A stretch of DNA of 64,000 bases, taken from the NCBI GenBank assembly GCA_905178155.1, contig CAJINV010000013.1, positions 424,344 to 488,343 of the forward strand. The letters run 5' to 3'. How positions within the stretch are numbered: the first letter of the stretch is position 1; each line of letters begins with the position of its first letter. Both the position numbers and the translations under genes were made by a program. The stretch is from Amoebophrya sp. A120 (taxonomy: Eukaryota; Protista; Dinoflagellata). The notes under the pieces were generated by a model. That model searched no databases and was not told the origin of the DNA. It saw nothing but the letters and a program-made list of their open reading frames with translations. Positions 21,967 to 35,060 of this stretch are shown piece after piece.

Positions 21967-24581
21967 ATGAGGACGCTCCTTTCCCCACTTTTCCGACCTA
22001 TAATCAGTTCCACGCCACACGGCGGCTACATTCCGAGGAAGAGGCCATGCTTTGCCTCCGCCCTCCTCTTTTACTGCATCACGAGCTGTCTGATCTCTCC
22101 GGGCTACAGCCTGGATTTCGACCTGCTCGGTATGCTATTCGACTTCGTGCGCGGACCGGACCGCAAGCCCATGCTGCGGAGAGTCAAGCCCAGGGGAACC
22201 AGTACGACGTCTAGCACCACACCAGCGGCGGAGGCGGAAGTGGATGAGGAGGTGGCTGAAAGCGGTTCAACATTGCCCGCAGGAGAAGCAACAGCAACAG
22301 CAGCGATGGTGGAGGAACAAGCTGCGACCACTACTGCTGCGGATGAAGAAGACGTTTTGCCCAAGAGGAGGATCCGGAAGTTGCAGCCGCGCGGCACCAG
22401 AACTTCCACAGCTACTGCAACGAGTGCTGGAGCAGCTACTACTACTTTCGCGCCTGAGAATGAAGCAGCTTTTGGTCGTGCTGGCACTACAAGTGGAGGG
22501 GAGGACACACTGCAGGACGAAATAAGAGTAGCAGTGGCTGGGAGCAAGTCCTCAACCACAAGCAGTGAGGAGAAACAGAACGACCACGTGAATACGGTTC
22601 CAGGCTACACGACCGCCGCAGAAGCAGCAAAGGAAACGCAGTCTCTCTCGCGCGCAGAGGGTGGTGTAAAAGTGCCAGCCCGTGAAGAAGACGCGTCTGC
22701 GAAGGTCCAAGAAAAGCAAAAACAACTCGGCGAAGAGGATGTGGAAAATCATCCCGAGCTTGACCCCTTGAAGATGGCGGATGATGTGTTGAAAAAGAAG
22801 GATGGTGGGATGTTGGAAGGGAATCCCGATCCTGACACCAGAAGCACTGCAGGAGTTGTAGAGAACAACTTCGAGGACGTGGTCAAGCATCGTGGTTCGA
22901 GTGAACTGCAGCTGTCAGAAGAAGAGTTACGCCGGAAGGGGGAGAAAGACGCCAGGGACGGGAAAAATGCAGAGAAGAAAAAGCCGATTACGCATGCGAA
23001 TATCTGTTTGCTTTTTCATCATCGCTGACTCAAGTCGAGGTTCTTGTTCTTCATGTATGTTAAATTGCATGATGCCGTAAATTGTGTGCGTGTCATCTTG
23101 ATATAATGCGTAGAGAAAATATCAGAACAAAAAAACACTGGATCTTCGCTGCTATCGTGACTTGAGTCCGAATTTTCCAAGCATGCTGAAGAAAATGGCA
23201 GTTACGTACCAAAATTACCAAGACGCCGATGCCGATGAGGAGGTGTCGCCCGTGAACGAGGAAGCCACGATGAAAAAGCTGAAGCGCGAAGTGAAAAACG
23301 CGTTCGGGGGCCAGGAATCCCGGGCCGCGATCATGGACACGCGCAAGCAGCTGCAGCGATTGGACCAAGTCTTATCCAAGAAAAAAACTGTGTTAGTGTA
23401 ACTATCTTTGGCTGACAGCATCACAAATTTGCTCTACATTGACAGAGAAAACCTGTCATGCGTGGCTTGTAAGGGAAAACACACAGGAAAAGAGAACTTC
23501 GTGGCTGTCTGGCATGACAGGTGTAAGTCTGTTGCGTGTTCTGCATTTTACAGATTTACACTTACACAGTTTTTTTCTTGCACAAGTCTCCATGAAGCTG
23601 TACTACAACATCACCACTTTTCTCCGGGATCTCGACACCTACTACAAATCGCTGAGCCGCGTGGAGTCCAACTTCTGGAAGTTGGCGGAAGTGGATGTCA
23701 CCGACCTGCTGCAGGACTACGACGCCCACGTGGAGAAGCGGCTGCAACTAGTCACGACGAAACTCGGCTCGGAACTCTCCGTGCCCGGGGTGTACGGGGG
23801 GAGGAGTAGCGGGAAAAGTTCTAGCGCTTCTGCCGAAGGAGAAAAAGAAGAAAAACCGGCGTCGATGCTGCAACTGCTAGGAGTGGTGAAGAAATTCAAA
23901 CAAGGCTATCGGAAGACAAACATAGGTGGTGCGGCGCGCAAAGCGTATTCGCACAGCAAAGACATCAACAACGGCAAAGTGAATCACCACGGGACAAAAC
24001 AAGAGGGAAAACGGCAGCAAGTGACGCGAGGAGGCGACGATCATCTGGTTAATACGCGAAGTGGCAGCACGTCTGCGGAACAACAAAACCATCAAACGAG
24101 CGACAAGAACACCATAAACTACGCCACCGCTGACAGTAGGATTGTCAGCCTCCCGGAACAAAAAGGTCGAGGTGAAGGAAACGTAGACGCCGGATTGTAT
24201 GCAACCCCAACGCCGGAGGACGGTGGTGCGGGGGCAGGTCTGTCGGCACCGCGGCATACAGCGGAGGGTAGTTCATCAAGCCCAAAGGAAAACGGTGCCG
24301 AAACTACCGCACGAGAGAAGTACTCTACCGCCGCAGCTTCAGTATGGTCGAGTGCTGCAGAGGACGAGGACGATCGCGCGGCCGCGTCGGGGGAACAGGT
24401 GCAAGGGACCAATGAGGAAAGAGCTGCCGAGTACCAGGGCGGAATGCGAGAGGAACAACCAAATGGGAAGGACACCTACACTGGCGCTGGAGAAGATATC
24501 AGCAGCTTTCCGCCATCCAATACGGAAGCTCCGCCTGCTGTCGCAGCACAACTTTCGGAGGTAGAAGAACTGGAAATGTGA
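21967..24581 (+). CDS. Hypothetical acidic/low-complexity protein with an N-terminal hydrophobic leader and a central helical domain
   Basis: Three same-strand ORF blocks. The second junction LDQV|SMKLYY is restored by removing the 23373-23584 element. The first intron (about 22988-23170) has unresolved non-canonical ends. Leader FASALLFYCITSCLISPGYS. Confidence 0.65.
23373..23584. mobile_element. 212-bp TIR introner
   Basis: tatccaagaaaaaaactgtgttagtgtaa ... ttacacttacacagtttttttcttgcaca; perfect 5-bp duplication agtct. Confidence 0.85.
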
Positions 24582-26913
24582 GATGCGTGCTGTATGATTC
24601 CATGCGCAAACGCAACCTAAATTTACCAACTTTGTCTGTCTGTGCAACGAAGCGCACTGACAGAGGCAGGGAAAAACTGTATGATTTCGTTCTCATTACC
24701 AAGTAGAGCAGATGAATTCCTCGCTGTGTCACACTCGATGGAACCGTGTTGCCAGAAAGCACCACATGCAGAATTATTATAGCAGGTCTCACTCTGTTCT
24801 TACATAATTTGTACTTATGATTTCTCGCAGTTCAAAGTCAAACTCCTAACTCTTCGTCGTTTGTGGTCAAGTGCTCTATTTTTCCCAAGAAGCAGCTTTT
24901 GGTGATTAGTCTCGGTCTACTCGATGTATTATTTCAAAGTGGACTCGTCGGTACAGGTACAGCAAGTCGTTCTTCTCGCTTTCGTAGAATTCGAAATTAT
25001 CGTCAAGAACGGGATAGCATACTCCCTCGTTTTCCTCAGGGAAGTGTCTACACATTTTGTCGGTACATGCTGAGGTAAGTCAGCTTCGTCTATCCTTCGG
25101 TGTCTTCGTCTCGTCCAAACGGTGATTTCAAAACATTGGCCTCAAACGGTTCGGTGCTTTCGTGCGTCGATTTCTTCCTTCGGTGCTTCGTGACCAGGCA
25201 TTCCGCAAACAGATGTTACTTATCTTATCCAATAGTGTTGAGAAATGACGACTGCAGCAGACGCTGCCTGCTGATTTCGGTAGCTCTTCGTTGTGCTTCG
25301 TGCTGCGTACTACGCATTGGCTTCTTGTATTTTCGGTTTGGTTGAACATGAAGGAGATGGAAATGAATCTCAAGTTTTGCGAGTTGCAATCGTCTTTTTC
25401 AAATGTTTCCTTTCCCACCCTTCCCACAGTGCTTCGCAACAAAAGAACTCTTCGGAGTGTCCCCGTTGGATTCCTTGTCACTTTTTTTCCTCGGAAGAAT
25501 TAGTGCTTGGAGTTGAAGGAGCAACACGAACAACCGCTGTTTGATTTGGACCCCCTAAAAACAAAAACAAAGAACAATTTTGGAACCCCACATTGAACTA
25601 AAGATTGCATTTTCTGTCTTTTCCCTTTTGCTTTTTTTATACGCCGAACACTGTAGAATTGCCGATAAATTTACGAGAGAGAAATCTGTTTTACAACTTA
25701 ACATCGACTTTATAATTAATTTTTTGACAAGATATCGTGAATTTTTTTCCGCTGTTCCTTTTCATTTTTTTCTGGATGCATACTACTTGCTTTTGTACTT
25801 CTTTTTAAGTCTCTCTCATTTGTCACAAACCCAAGAACCCGTGTAAACCAGTGCAGTTTAAGTATCCCCATTCCAAATTTTGTTTCCCCAGACAATTTTT
25901 GCACACGAAAACCAGAAGACGAAGAAAACATCGAAACCAAAATGTTGGAGCAGACGAAGGAAAGAAAAGCTGAGGGCGAGCGGTGCCCGAGAACCGTGCC
26001 GGTTGCGAGAAGCCGTAGCCGAGTTTTTCAACGAGACGAGGAGGAGAAAACCGAGGCGAACTTTTCGGAAGCGGCGTCAAAGATGTCGCAGAACCCACTG
26101 AAAAACCTACATCTTTTAGGCAAGAAGGAGAACCTCGACGACGGGGACGGAAAACGCCGGGGCCGTGCGCCGCACCCTGATATCATGTGAAAAAGTGTAC
26201 AAATTCTGCTCACACGACCACGTTTTCGCGGGCTCGGGTCGGTCTGTAAAGGCGGCACTAACTCAAAATGTTTTTTTCTTCTATTTCGGTCGAGAGTTGC
26301 AGCACTACAAGCACCGCTAGTCTCTTCATACGTAAGTTACGGTGGGTCCGCACTGCTGCAGCATTGAAAACATGAGGCGCCAAGACAAGCATTTGCACAC
26401 TTTTCCAACTCATACAAAGCCGGATGCGGCAGGATCAACATGGCAGTTGTCGGGCGCGATCGGCGTCGCCGTCTCCTGGCCGGGCGATCGCTACTGGACT
26501 GGCCGCCGCGTTGGTATGGTTGGGGAGCTGAGTTTTGTACAGACTGCTGTGGTCGTCAGCGTCATGGTTGTGCCTCAAGCAGCACTTGCTTCCTACTCGT
26601 TCCGTTCTCGGGGCCTCGGCTTGTCGGGGCCTCGGCGGCACTATTTACAGCTTTGTTAGAGGCGAAGTCTTGTTGCTGTGAGTATTCGGACTGCGATACA
26701 ACTACAAGACGAGTGGTTGCTTTCGTTTCGCGTGGCAAGGACAAAGGGGAAATGCGCGTACGCGACGAGGATGTAGCATTCTATCTCATTGCATATGCAG
26801 TCGCATTGCGGCGCAAAAGCGCTGAAGGTTTGTCCCCATAAGATTGCTGCAGTTGTCTGTGCTGGCGGGTTTCCTTTGCATATCACGCGCTCGGCTGCAG
26901 GAATTCACTAGGT

Positions 26914-29900
26914 ATGAGGCGGGTCGGCAGCGGCGCTGCAGGGACGACGTCTGTGGGGCCTACCCGTCTCCCGCTCCCGCCCGGGGACACAATGGAACTG
27001 AGCGCCAAGCATAAACGCAACATTCTTGCCAATGGCGAAGACCAAGACTGTTCGTTCTACTCTCACTCTGGGCTGGAACTACTTGGGCTTGGCGCGGCCA
27101 CGGATCCAGAGAACCCGCTCGATGAACAAGGGCTCCTTGGTCTTTTGAGAACTAAAGCGCTGGACTACCGGGGACGCCAGAGAGCGCGAAAGATCTTGAT
27201 CCACTGCGCACAAGTGATTATGGACAAGTTTCAAAAGGATTTTCTGGAATTTGACATCGACCGGGGAAATGCGGCCCCGGCGGCACCTGCGGGACCGAAG
27301 TCGCCAGTGAAGACGGGAGACGTGAAAGTACCAAGACGCCTGCCATTGGCGCTGGACATTTGCAGGATTCAAGAAGAACCGTCTACAGGCCCCTTTGCAC
27401 CGATAAAATGGTTCCAAAAAAAAGCCCGCTTTTCGCGTAGCAAGCCGCCAGCACTTGTGTCCAACGATGGAACGGGCCGCAACGACAACGATAACTGCGG
27501 CGAAGTAATGGTATTTGGTGATGTGCACCTACGGAATGCTGCGACTCAATCATGCTCTCGTAGCCTCTGCATGATCGCCATAGCAAGAGTTGTCTGGTAC
27601 TGGTGCGACTTTCGGTGCGGCTGAGAGACTGCCGCGAGTCCTTTGTCAAAAAGAACACCGCTACTGTAGATGTAGTCTTCTATGTAGCGCGAACGCGGCA
27701 TATGACTTGTACGTAAGAGTGCGAGACGTTGAGTATGGAGTCCCCATGCAGAAAACAACAGACTGTTGTATGTAGGGAGGTCACGAGCTTTCTAATCTGG
27801 CGGTTTTTTGACACCTACGGTGAAAAGCGACCGGCAGTTTCCAATCGGCCGGAAGTCTTTTTGCAGGTAAAAAGCTGCCACTTTTCATCAATCGGGTCTG
27901 GCTGTCCTGGCACCGAATCGCCAGCGAGAATTACCGCTCGCCGATCCTAAGAACGACGCAGAGGAGCCGCCAAAGGTGGCGCTCTTCTGAGGCATCGGAT
28001 TCCGCCGATTCGGGGTGCCCAAAAAATGGCGTCAAAAAAATCGCGGTGGTAAAAAGAAAGCGACTGCGCATGGTACAGGCCTCGTTTTGGCCCGCGCTGA
28101 TTTCAAGGCCGCAAAGGCGGCTACCAAAATTGGCCATTTGCAGTGCGGGTAGTAAGCCAAAAGTCCTGGCTTTCTGACAAAAAAACAAAAACTGCACATT
28201 CCGCAAAAACAAAGCTGGCAGCCAATCCGCATGCTGCGGGTCCGCGTTGGGCTGCCCAAGGTGCTAGCGCTGGCGGGGGTTCTTGCAGGGCCGCAGCATG
28301 CGGAGATGGTTTTTCGGTTTTTGAGGACACGAAGATGGCAACTTGTGGCCGCGCTTTCTTCCGTCTCCTAGGCCATGCTGAGTAACATTATTCGCGTCGG
28401 GGTGCTGGAGATAAAAGAGCGCGACTATTTTTTTGATAGCAATGCGCGAAAACAGCAAGGAAGATGGGATCTGGCAGTCAAAAAAACCGCTGACATCACT
28501 ACCCCCGCGGACTTGGCTACTATGTATTGGCTTTCGTGGTGCTGATCGAGGTCGGCACTACTTCGGAGGCACCCCTTGCGAAGATCGTTCATCGGATGCT
28601 GCGAGAGCTGCTCCATTTCATACGAAGGCGCCTTCGACAATTTGCTACAGCTACTTGCCAATCTGCCGATGTCGGGCGAGAACGGGTTCTGGGACAGAAA
28701 GAATCCTGGCGCCCAGTTGCTCTTCCTGGGTGATTACGGAGATCGTGCGCCTATTAAAGGGGACACATTTTATACCCACCTACTCATGGCGTACCTCCAA
28801 GCTTACTTTCCTCAGAAAGTAACACTGCTACGCGGAAACCACGAGACGGAGTTTCAGTACGACGACTGGGCTCTATCTAGGGAAAACAACGAGTATTGGG
28901 AAAATCTTCGCTCGACACCTTTTCGTGCCGCTCAATACGACGACTGGGCTCTATCTAGGGAAAACAACGAGTATTGGGACTTTCTTCGCTCGACACCTTT
29001 TCGTGCCGCCGTAGAAGACCCTAAGAAGAGGTTGACAATCCTTGATGAAAATCTCATTCCATGGACCCGCAAATATTTTTTTCCGTATTTGCCGCTTGCA
29101 GCGAAAGTTCATGGGAAGGCACTTGTGATCCACGCAGGTATCAGTGACCGACTGAAGCCGATCAAGGAGCTGATGCAGGTAGACCTCCGGTCTGCGCAAG
29201 TGCAGATCAGAAATCTCGGGGAAAGACGAGAAACGCAGAAAGACGAAGGACTCGACAGACGAGACCAAGCGGAGAAGAAATCGCTCGGTTTCATCACACA
29301 TGATCGAAAGTCATATGGCATGCAGGAATGGTTCGCATATCGTGGTGTGCTTCTTATGCATGGCAGCAAAATCATGCCAGTGCCCAACCCCCGGCGCATA
29401 TGTACTTTAGAGATAGTGATATTACAGTGCACGTTTTTGAATTGTGGTTTTTTATCGCCAACGTATTTTTCATTGCGCAAAACCAAAAGAAGTGGACGCT
29501 AGCTGTCAACCGCACAAGCAGTGTTTGCACTTTCCACCGTGGTCATGTGAAAGAAATATATTGCAGCGACAGCTTCTGCCTCGTTTTTGTTCGTTGGTTT
29601 CAACGATGTATATAAATGACCAAAGCGTGATGTGCAAGCGCTTGCATCCAGTCCATCGCAAACGCTTCTCGAGCACGGATAGTGTGACTCTTTTGCAGCT
29701 GCAGAAAAACTACCGTCTTCTGCCAGATGATCGGCTATCGTTATTGTTTCAGAAGAGTATTGCAGTTTTTCGCCAGCAGGGTTTGGGATGTTTTTGTTTC
29801 GAAACTCGCGCAGATATGGAGAGACGACTTCATTTATGGCAAGACGGGTTCTGCTGGTCGTCCAAGCTCGGCGCGAGATTCAACGCTCGAAACAGAAACT

Positions 29901-30560
29901 AAAAATATCGAAAGGCTGAAGAGCAATGCGGTTGCGGGCCTCAAGCTCAACGATGACGATGTGCCGTATTTGTCTGTGACTCCTCGCGACCATCTCCAGT
30001 CTTGTAATTCATTTCGTTCTTATTTGAAACCGAAATTGTTATGGTGCTCATTTTTACAACTGGGCTTTTGGTTTTGTACGCCTACACGTGCCTGTCATGG
30101 CGGAGGGTATCCGACGAGGACGCAATGCTTTTCCGTAGTGTTTCCATGCTTCTCGTGGTTGATGATCATCCTGTCCCCAGGAGTCGAAAGTGCGCAGTGA
30201 GTTGTGGGCTTTGAATGCAATAGATACAAGAAAATGCTGGTCCGGGGGGTTTTTCGTGCGACAAAATTCAAGGAGGAAACCTTTGTTACAACGAACTGAT
30301 TCAGGCGGATCCGGATCCGGTTGGCCCCAATCCGAATGCGCGTTGCCCAGGTCTTTTCACGAAGGAAAAAGCGGAAAAATTTTTGGAAGACAACAAGCTT
30401 GAGCTAATTATTCGCGGGCATGAACCACGAGAACTTTCAAATCAAGGGATGTACGTGGAGTTTCGCATGGAGGAGTTTGAGAGGGAAGGCGAAGCCGGAG
30501 CAGTGCAGAAACCTCTTGCCGAAGCGGATTCGCAGATCATGTTTATTTTTTCTTCCTTAT
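26914..30560 (+). CDS. PPP-family (calcineurin-like) Ser/Thr metallophosphatase, paralog 1; ends approximate
   Basis: VFGDVH|G (27514-28629), LFLGDYGDR, LLRGNHE, VIHAGIS, ELW|ADP (GC-AG intron 30208-30304), FLEDNKLELIIRGHE. Additional exons are likely upstream (about 26440) and downstream (to about 31150). Confidence 0.85.
27530..28622. mobile_element. Degenerate introner at the GDVH|G site of paralog 1, enlarged by a nested insertion
   Basis: Same position as in paralogs 2 and 3; ends tacggaatg ... catttcata; the intron is 1098 nt versus about 308 nt in the other two. Confidence 0.65.
28855..29010 (+). repeat. In-frame 78-bp tandem duplication
   Basis: QYDDWALSRENNEYWENLRSTPFRAA followed by QYDDWALSRENNEYWDFLRSTPFRAA. 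Confidence 0.95.
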
Positions 30561-32266
30561 CACTTGGAGCTACGTACTCTCTCTGTCTTTGGGCGCGGCG
30601 TTTTCCAGCGTCTAGATGCAGATCGTCCGTTTTTTCCCACCTCCGATCATTTTCTATAGCGGGGCATGTGCACATTGGAATTTCTATCTCGTTCTCGCAC
30701 CCGCTTGGGTGTGAGTGCTGTATTTACAGCAAGAGCACACGCAGGTCTTTCCCGCTACAGCGTTTGCTACGATAAGGCTTGGAAGAAGGAGCTCCTACTA
30801 ATTTAGCGTTTTCCTTTTACATTCGCTTTTGTTTGCGTAAGTATGGAGCGACCTGCGAGATATTCATTCCTTTGAGGGAATGGGAAACAGAGGTGGGACA
30901 GGGCATCTAGGGCATTGAGAAAACAGGACAGGTGCAGCCCATGAAGTTCGCGTGCATAGCCTCCGATCTACAAGGGCAACCAGAATTTTGCCAGTTTCGT
31001 GAGCTTGAAGCCCCAACACCAACGCGTCAGCGGTGCTATCGAATCGCACAAAGTCGAGGATCTGCAATTTTCACTGTGGTCTTGTTGGTTGTGTTTCAAT
31101 TTGTTTGTCTCTCGTGGAAGTCGAGTTCGGATGCTTTTGGAGCTTGCACTCTTATGTAGACAGGCAGAACATGCATCAGGCTGCAGTCTCTGACTAGGTT
31201 CGGATGGATCTCCGTTGTAGATCTGTTTAATAGTTGCAAAGACTTGAAATACAAGGATTTCACATTGGAGTGTCGGCGATATCCTCTTCTTTTCTGCGTA
31301 ACAAAAAGCGCTGGTCGTGGAACGCCTGGAGGAATTCGTGCGGTGTACGAGTCCACGATCTACTCCGATTACGCAACGGAAGAACTACAACAGCATATGC
31401 TTGCCTAGCACCTAATCATATGTAGTCTGTCGCAGCGGCAACTACAGTAGTCGAGCGATTGTTTTGGAGCAGTAGCAGTCGATGATGCAGCTGACAGAGA
31501 ACCTTGGTAGTGCAGGCAGATAATCTTAGGGATCGATATGCAGGACGTAAGTAGACAGTTGCTGGTGGCCTGATAGCGTTCCCCTGCGCTGTCAGAACCG
31601 CTGCTTGTTATGCCGCATTGCTTTTTTACGCACTTTGTGTTGAACAGTGAGGTATAAAGGAGGATGATTGCTTCTGGTGCGGTCACGGGTGTACTGCCAA
31701 GAAAGCTTGGTTGGTCCGCCGGGCCTGCAGCTAGGATGGGGTGATCTGAGCAGGGAGGACAAGTGCAGGTCTGCGCTACTTGTTTTTTTTTGAGTGGCGC
31801 AGCAGAAGCGTGGCCGTCACCCATGTTGCAGGCACGAAATGGATGGAGGCCATTCTGCCACCCCGATCACGTTAGAGCATGGTCCCCTGGGATGCCAATC
31901 TATTTTGATTTTAGATTGCAGTATAGTCAAAAGCCCCAATAGCTTATGGTGGTTTTTGAGCTGAGCTGGTATCCATCACGTGTGTCTTCAGTGCCGGAGA
32001 ATTTTGCTGTCACATTAGCAGGGGCGTATTTAGAAGTAGCTCTCTGCGCAACAAGAAACAAAAGCAAAACGCAAAAGACGATTATGGGGAAAGAGAATTG
32101 CCAGGCAGGTGGCAAGAAGAGCAACCATCACACAGCCAGCATAACAAGTTTGACAGTATTGCTCACTGACTCAAGACGACGAACGACCACTGCAATGTAA
32201 TTAGTAGGTGCTAGTTGCAAGGGATGATGATCTTTTCAGAGCCATACTCACAAACTTCAAGAAGAA

Positions 32267-35060
32267 ATGGCTTCGCAGCTTGCAAATGCGATACCGTTAC
32301 AAAGTTTAGATGCCACGGTTTACGTGTACGGCCGTCGCGTCGAACTTACCACTAGTGGCGAAGTCGGCTCATTCACAAACTGGGGGGACGGAGAGGCATG
32401 GGATTGGGTGACAGAACCGCCCGCCTGGCCCGCACCTGCTGCTGAAGAGTCTTGTTCATTCGATGGTGGACAGGGGAAACTTCTCGGCGACGGTCAAGAA
32501 GGCCTGCTACACTTACTGAAAACGCAAGCGCTGGATCACAAAGGCCGGCAGAGAGCTCGGCAAATCTTGATTCAGTGCTCACAAGTGATCGTTGACAAGT
32601 TCAGTAAAGGGTTTTCATCTCTTACGGTCGCCGGCAAGGACCTTATCAACGAGAACGGCGTCAAAGTCAAGAGACGTGTTGTCACGAAGAAAGAAAGGAA
32701 ACTTCCACTCGCCCTTGACATTTGCCCACAAAAGAGTGCTGAAGTGGGTGCTGGTTCGCGAGAAATGTTGAATGTGCCTCGTCCAGAAGGTGCTGGAGCT
32801 GCTGCACTAAATGCGGGAGACGGGACTGGTCGTAATGACGCGAAAAATTGCGGCGATGTGCTCGTCTTCGGCGATGTTCACGTATGATATGCAGAAGTTC
32901 GCGGCCTTGATGTTGAAGCTTCTTCTTCACATAAAAGAATATAGACGTCACTTTTTGACTTTGCACTGCGATATCTAAAACGAATAAAGAAAATTGGTTT
33001 ATTGCGACACTGCATAGCGACCAGAATACCTCCACCGAGATTCGCTACAGCCACGGCTTTGAGTCCCCTGGTGCGTGTCAAGGACTGACAGAGCAATATC
33101 GGTTTCCGTGCTAAGTGGCATGTTCCTCCCTGCCGCGCCAAGTATTCTTCTGAGATTGCCCTTGGAACGAACTCTTGCACTTCATATGGGGGCGCGTTCG
33201 ACAACTTGCTACAGCTCCTTGCTAACTTGCCGGTGGAGCACTTCTGGGAAAAAGACAATCCCGACGCGCAGCTGCTCTTTCTTGGCGACTACGGGGATCG
33301 TGCCCCCGTCCTAGGCGACACTTTTTACACGCACCTGCTCATGGCTTACCTTCAGGCGTTCTTCCCGCAGAAAGTGACACTGCTACGCGGGAATCACGAA
33401 GGGGAGTTCTTGTACTCCATCTTCAATCCATTGGAGCAAGAAGAGTTTCTTGCTACCGACGGCGTTGTGAATCACGCCTCAGAGCAGGCTAAAAGAGAAG
33501 CCTTTCTCGTGGCCCTGCAGGACTGGACCATCAATGAATTCTTCCCTTATTTACCGTTGGCTGCTCGAGTGCATGGCAAGGCGCTGGTGGTTCATGCCGG
33601 GATAAGCGCACGCCTCAAAAACGTGAATGAATTGATGGAAGTAGACTTGCGGAAGGGACCCGCATGGCCTTGCATTGAGCAGACAGGAGATCGTTTCGTG
33701 AATCCTGCGATTGCGACGGATGAGCCTCAAGGGACGAGTAACAACGACCAGGAAATAGGACGGGAAACAGGTGCCGAGAATCATCACAATGGTGCTGCGA
33801 GTGACGCGGGCACGGTGGAGCAGCAAGGAAGAGGAAGTGTTTCGTTGAAATCAGAGTTGGTTCGCACCATGGTCTTTCTTATCCGTATGACAGTGGCGGT
33901 CTCCAGTGGCACTTGCTGATTTGTAAACCATGAGTAATGAATAGAGATGAAGAAGGTGATCAAGATTTTGCTTGAATGTTGAAAGAGAATAGAAGATATT
34001 GGTAGTCGCTAGCGCAGTCTCGCGCAGCTGCGCCTGCGAGAATGAACCCAGATGAAGCGCCGACGTATTGTGGTTCTGAGCTACTCATTTGCAAGTGCCG
34101 CGATGTTTTCGTGCGCGCCGGCTTCCAAAAATATGTTGTACAAGCTTTTTTTATGGTGTGTATGGGAAAGCTCGAACGCGAGCCCTAGCTACCTTATGCA
34201 TCTGCATCGTTTTCGAGCAAGGACAGTCTGACAAAGGGATCGAATTTCAAATGGATTTCTGCGCAGGTATGGCGGGACGAGATTCTACTTGCTAATGCTG
34301 CAACTGCGACACCAGCACCACGACCGCCTGAGAGCGATAGTGCTGGGATCAGACCGTCCCAGAGCGGCAACCAGATGAAATGTGAGGAACTGCAAGAGGA
34401 CGACTACAAGAAATGGAAGCTTTACGAGAACATATGGGCCACTTAAGGAGAGTACTTAAGCCTGCGTATGGGTCCACACCGTTACTTGATTTGTCAGTGT
34501 CTGTGTATAAAAGTGACATGACCTGTAAAAGCGTTTGCATAATGTGTCACAGAACAACTGAGCTATTCAGCTCCTTCCCTGAGAGAAGAAACGGAGAAAG
34601 AGTCACAAACTCAGAGAACTGAATAGCAGGCCTTCTGCACTGCGACTTCAACGCCAAAAGAAGCAGACTTGGATCGCTTCACGCATAGCTTTGATTGATG
34701 AAGCATAGGCGTGAGGCATGCGCTACTGCTTTAAGGTTGCACTGCCGATAGGTAAGGTTCGGGGCACAGGTGTGAATCCCTGCGACTCGTTTTGAGTCGA
34801 TTTCGGAGCAAGTGGTGAAGAAGATGGCGCCTCGATTGAGCTTCTATACGCGGATCCAGACCCGACGCATCGCGGCTACCCCCATCGCTCCCCACACGTA
34901 TTCACAGAGGCTGTCACGAAAAAGTTTCTGGAGGAGAACGATCTAGAGCTGATCATTCGCGGACACGACCCTGCAGATCGTCGTATCGGCAGGGATCAAG
35001 ATTACGTTGAATTCCGCATGGAGAGTTTTGCCGGAGAGCACGACTTTCGATGTACGAAAT
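32267..35060 (+). CDS. PPP-family metallophosphatase, paralog 2; ends approximate
   Basis: VFGDVH|GAFDNLLQLL, LFLGDYGDR, LLRGNHE, VVHAGIS; exon at about 34820-35060 reads ELLYADPDP...KKFLEENDLELIIRGHD. Confidence 0.85.
32883..33186. mobile_element. TATGA...TCATA introner at GDVH|G of paralog 2
   Basis: tatgatatgcagaagttcg ... cgaactcttgcacttcata; inferred intron 32882-33190. Confidence 0.8.

Noticed and set aside
25942-26190. 82-aa charged ORF
   Set aside because: There is no motif and no clear link to neighbouring exons, so it cannot be supported as a gene.
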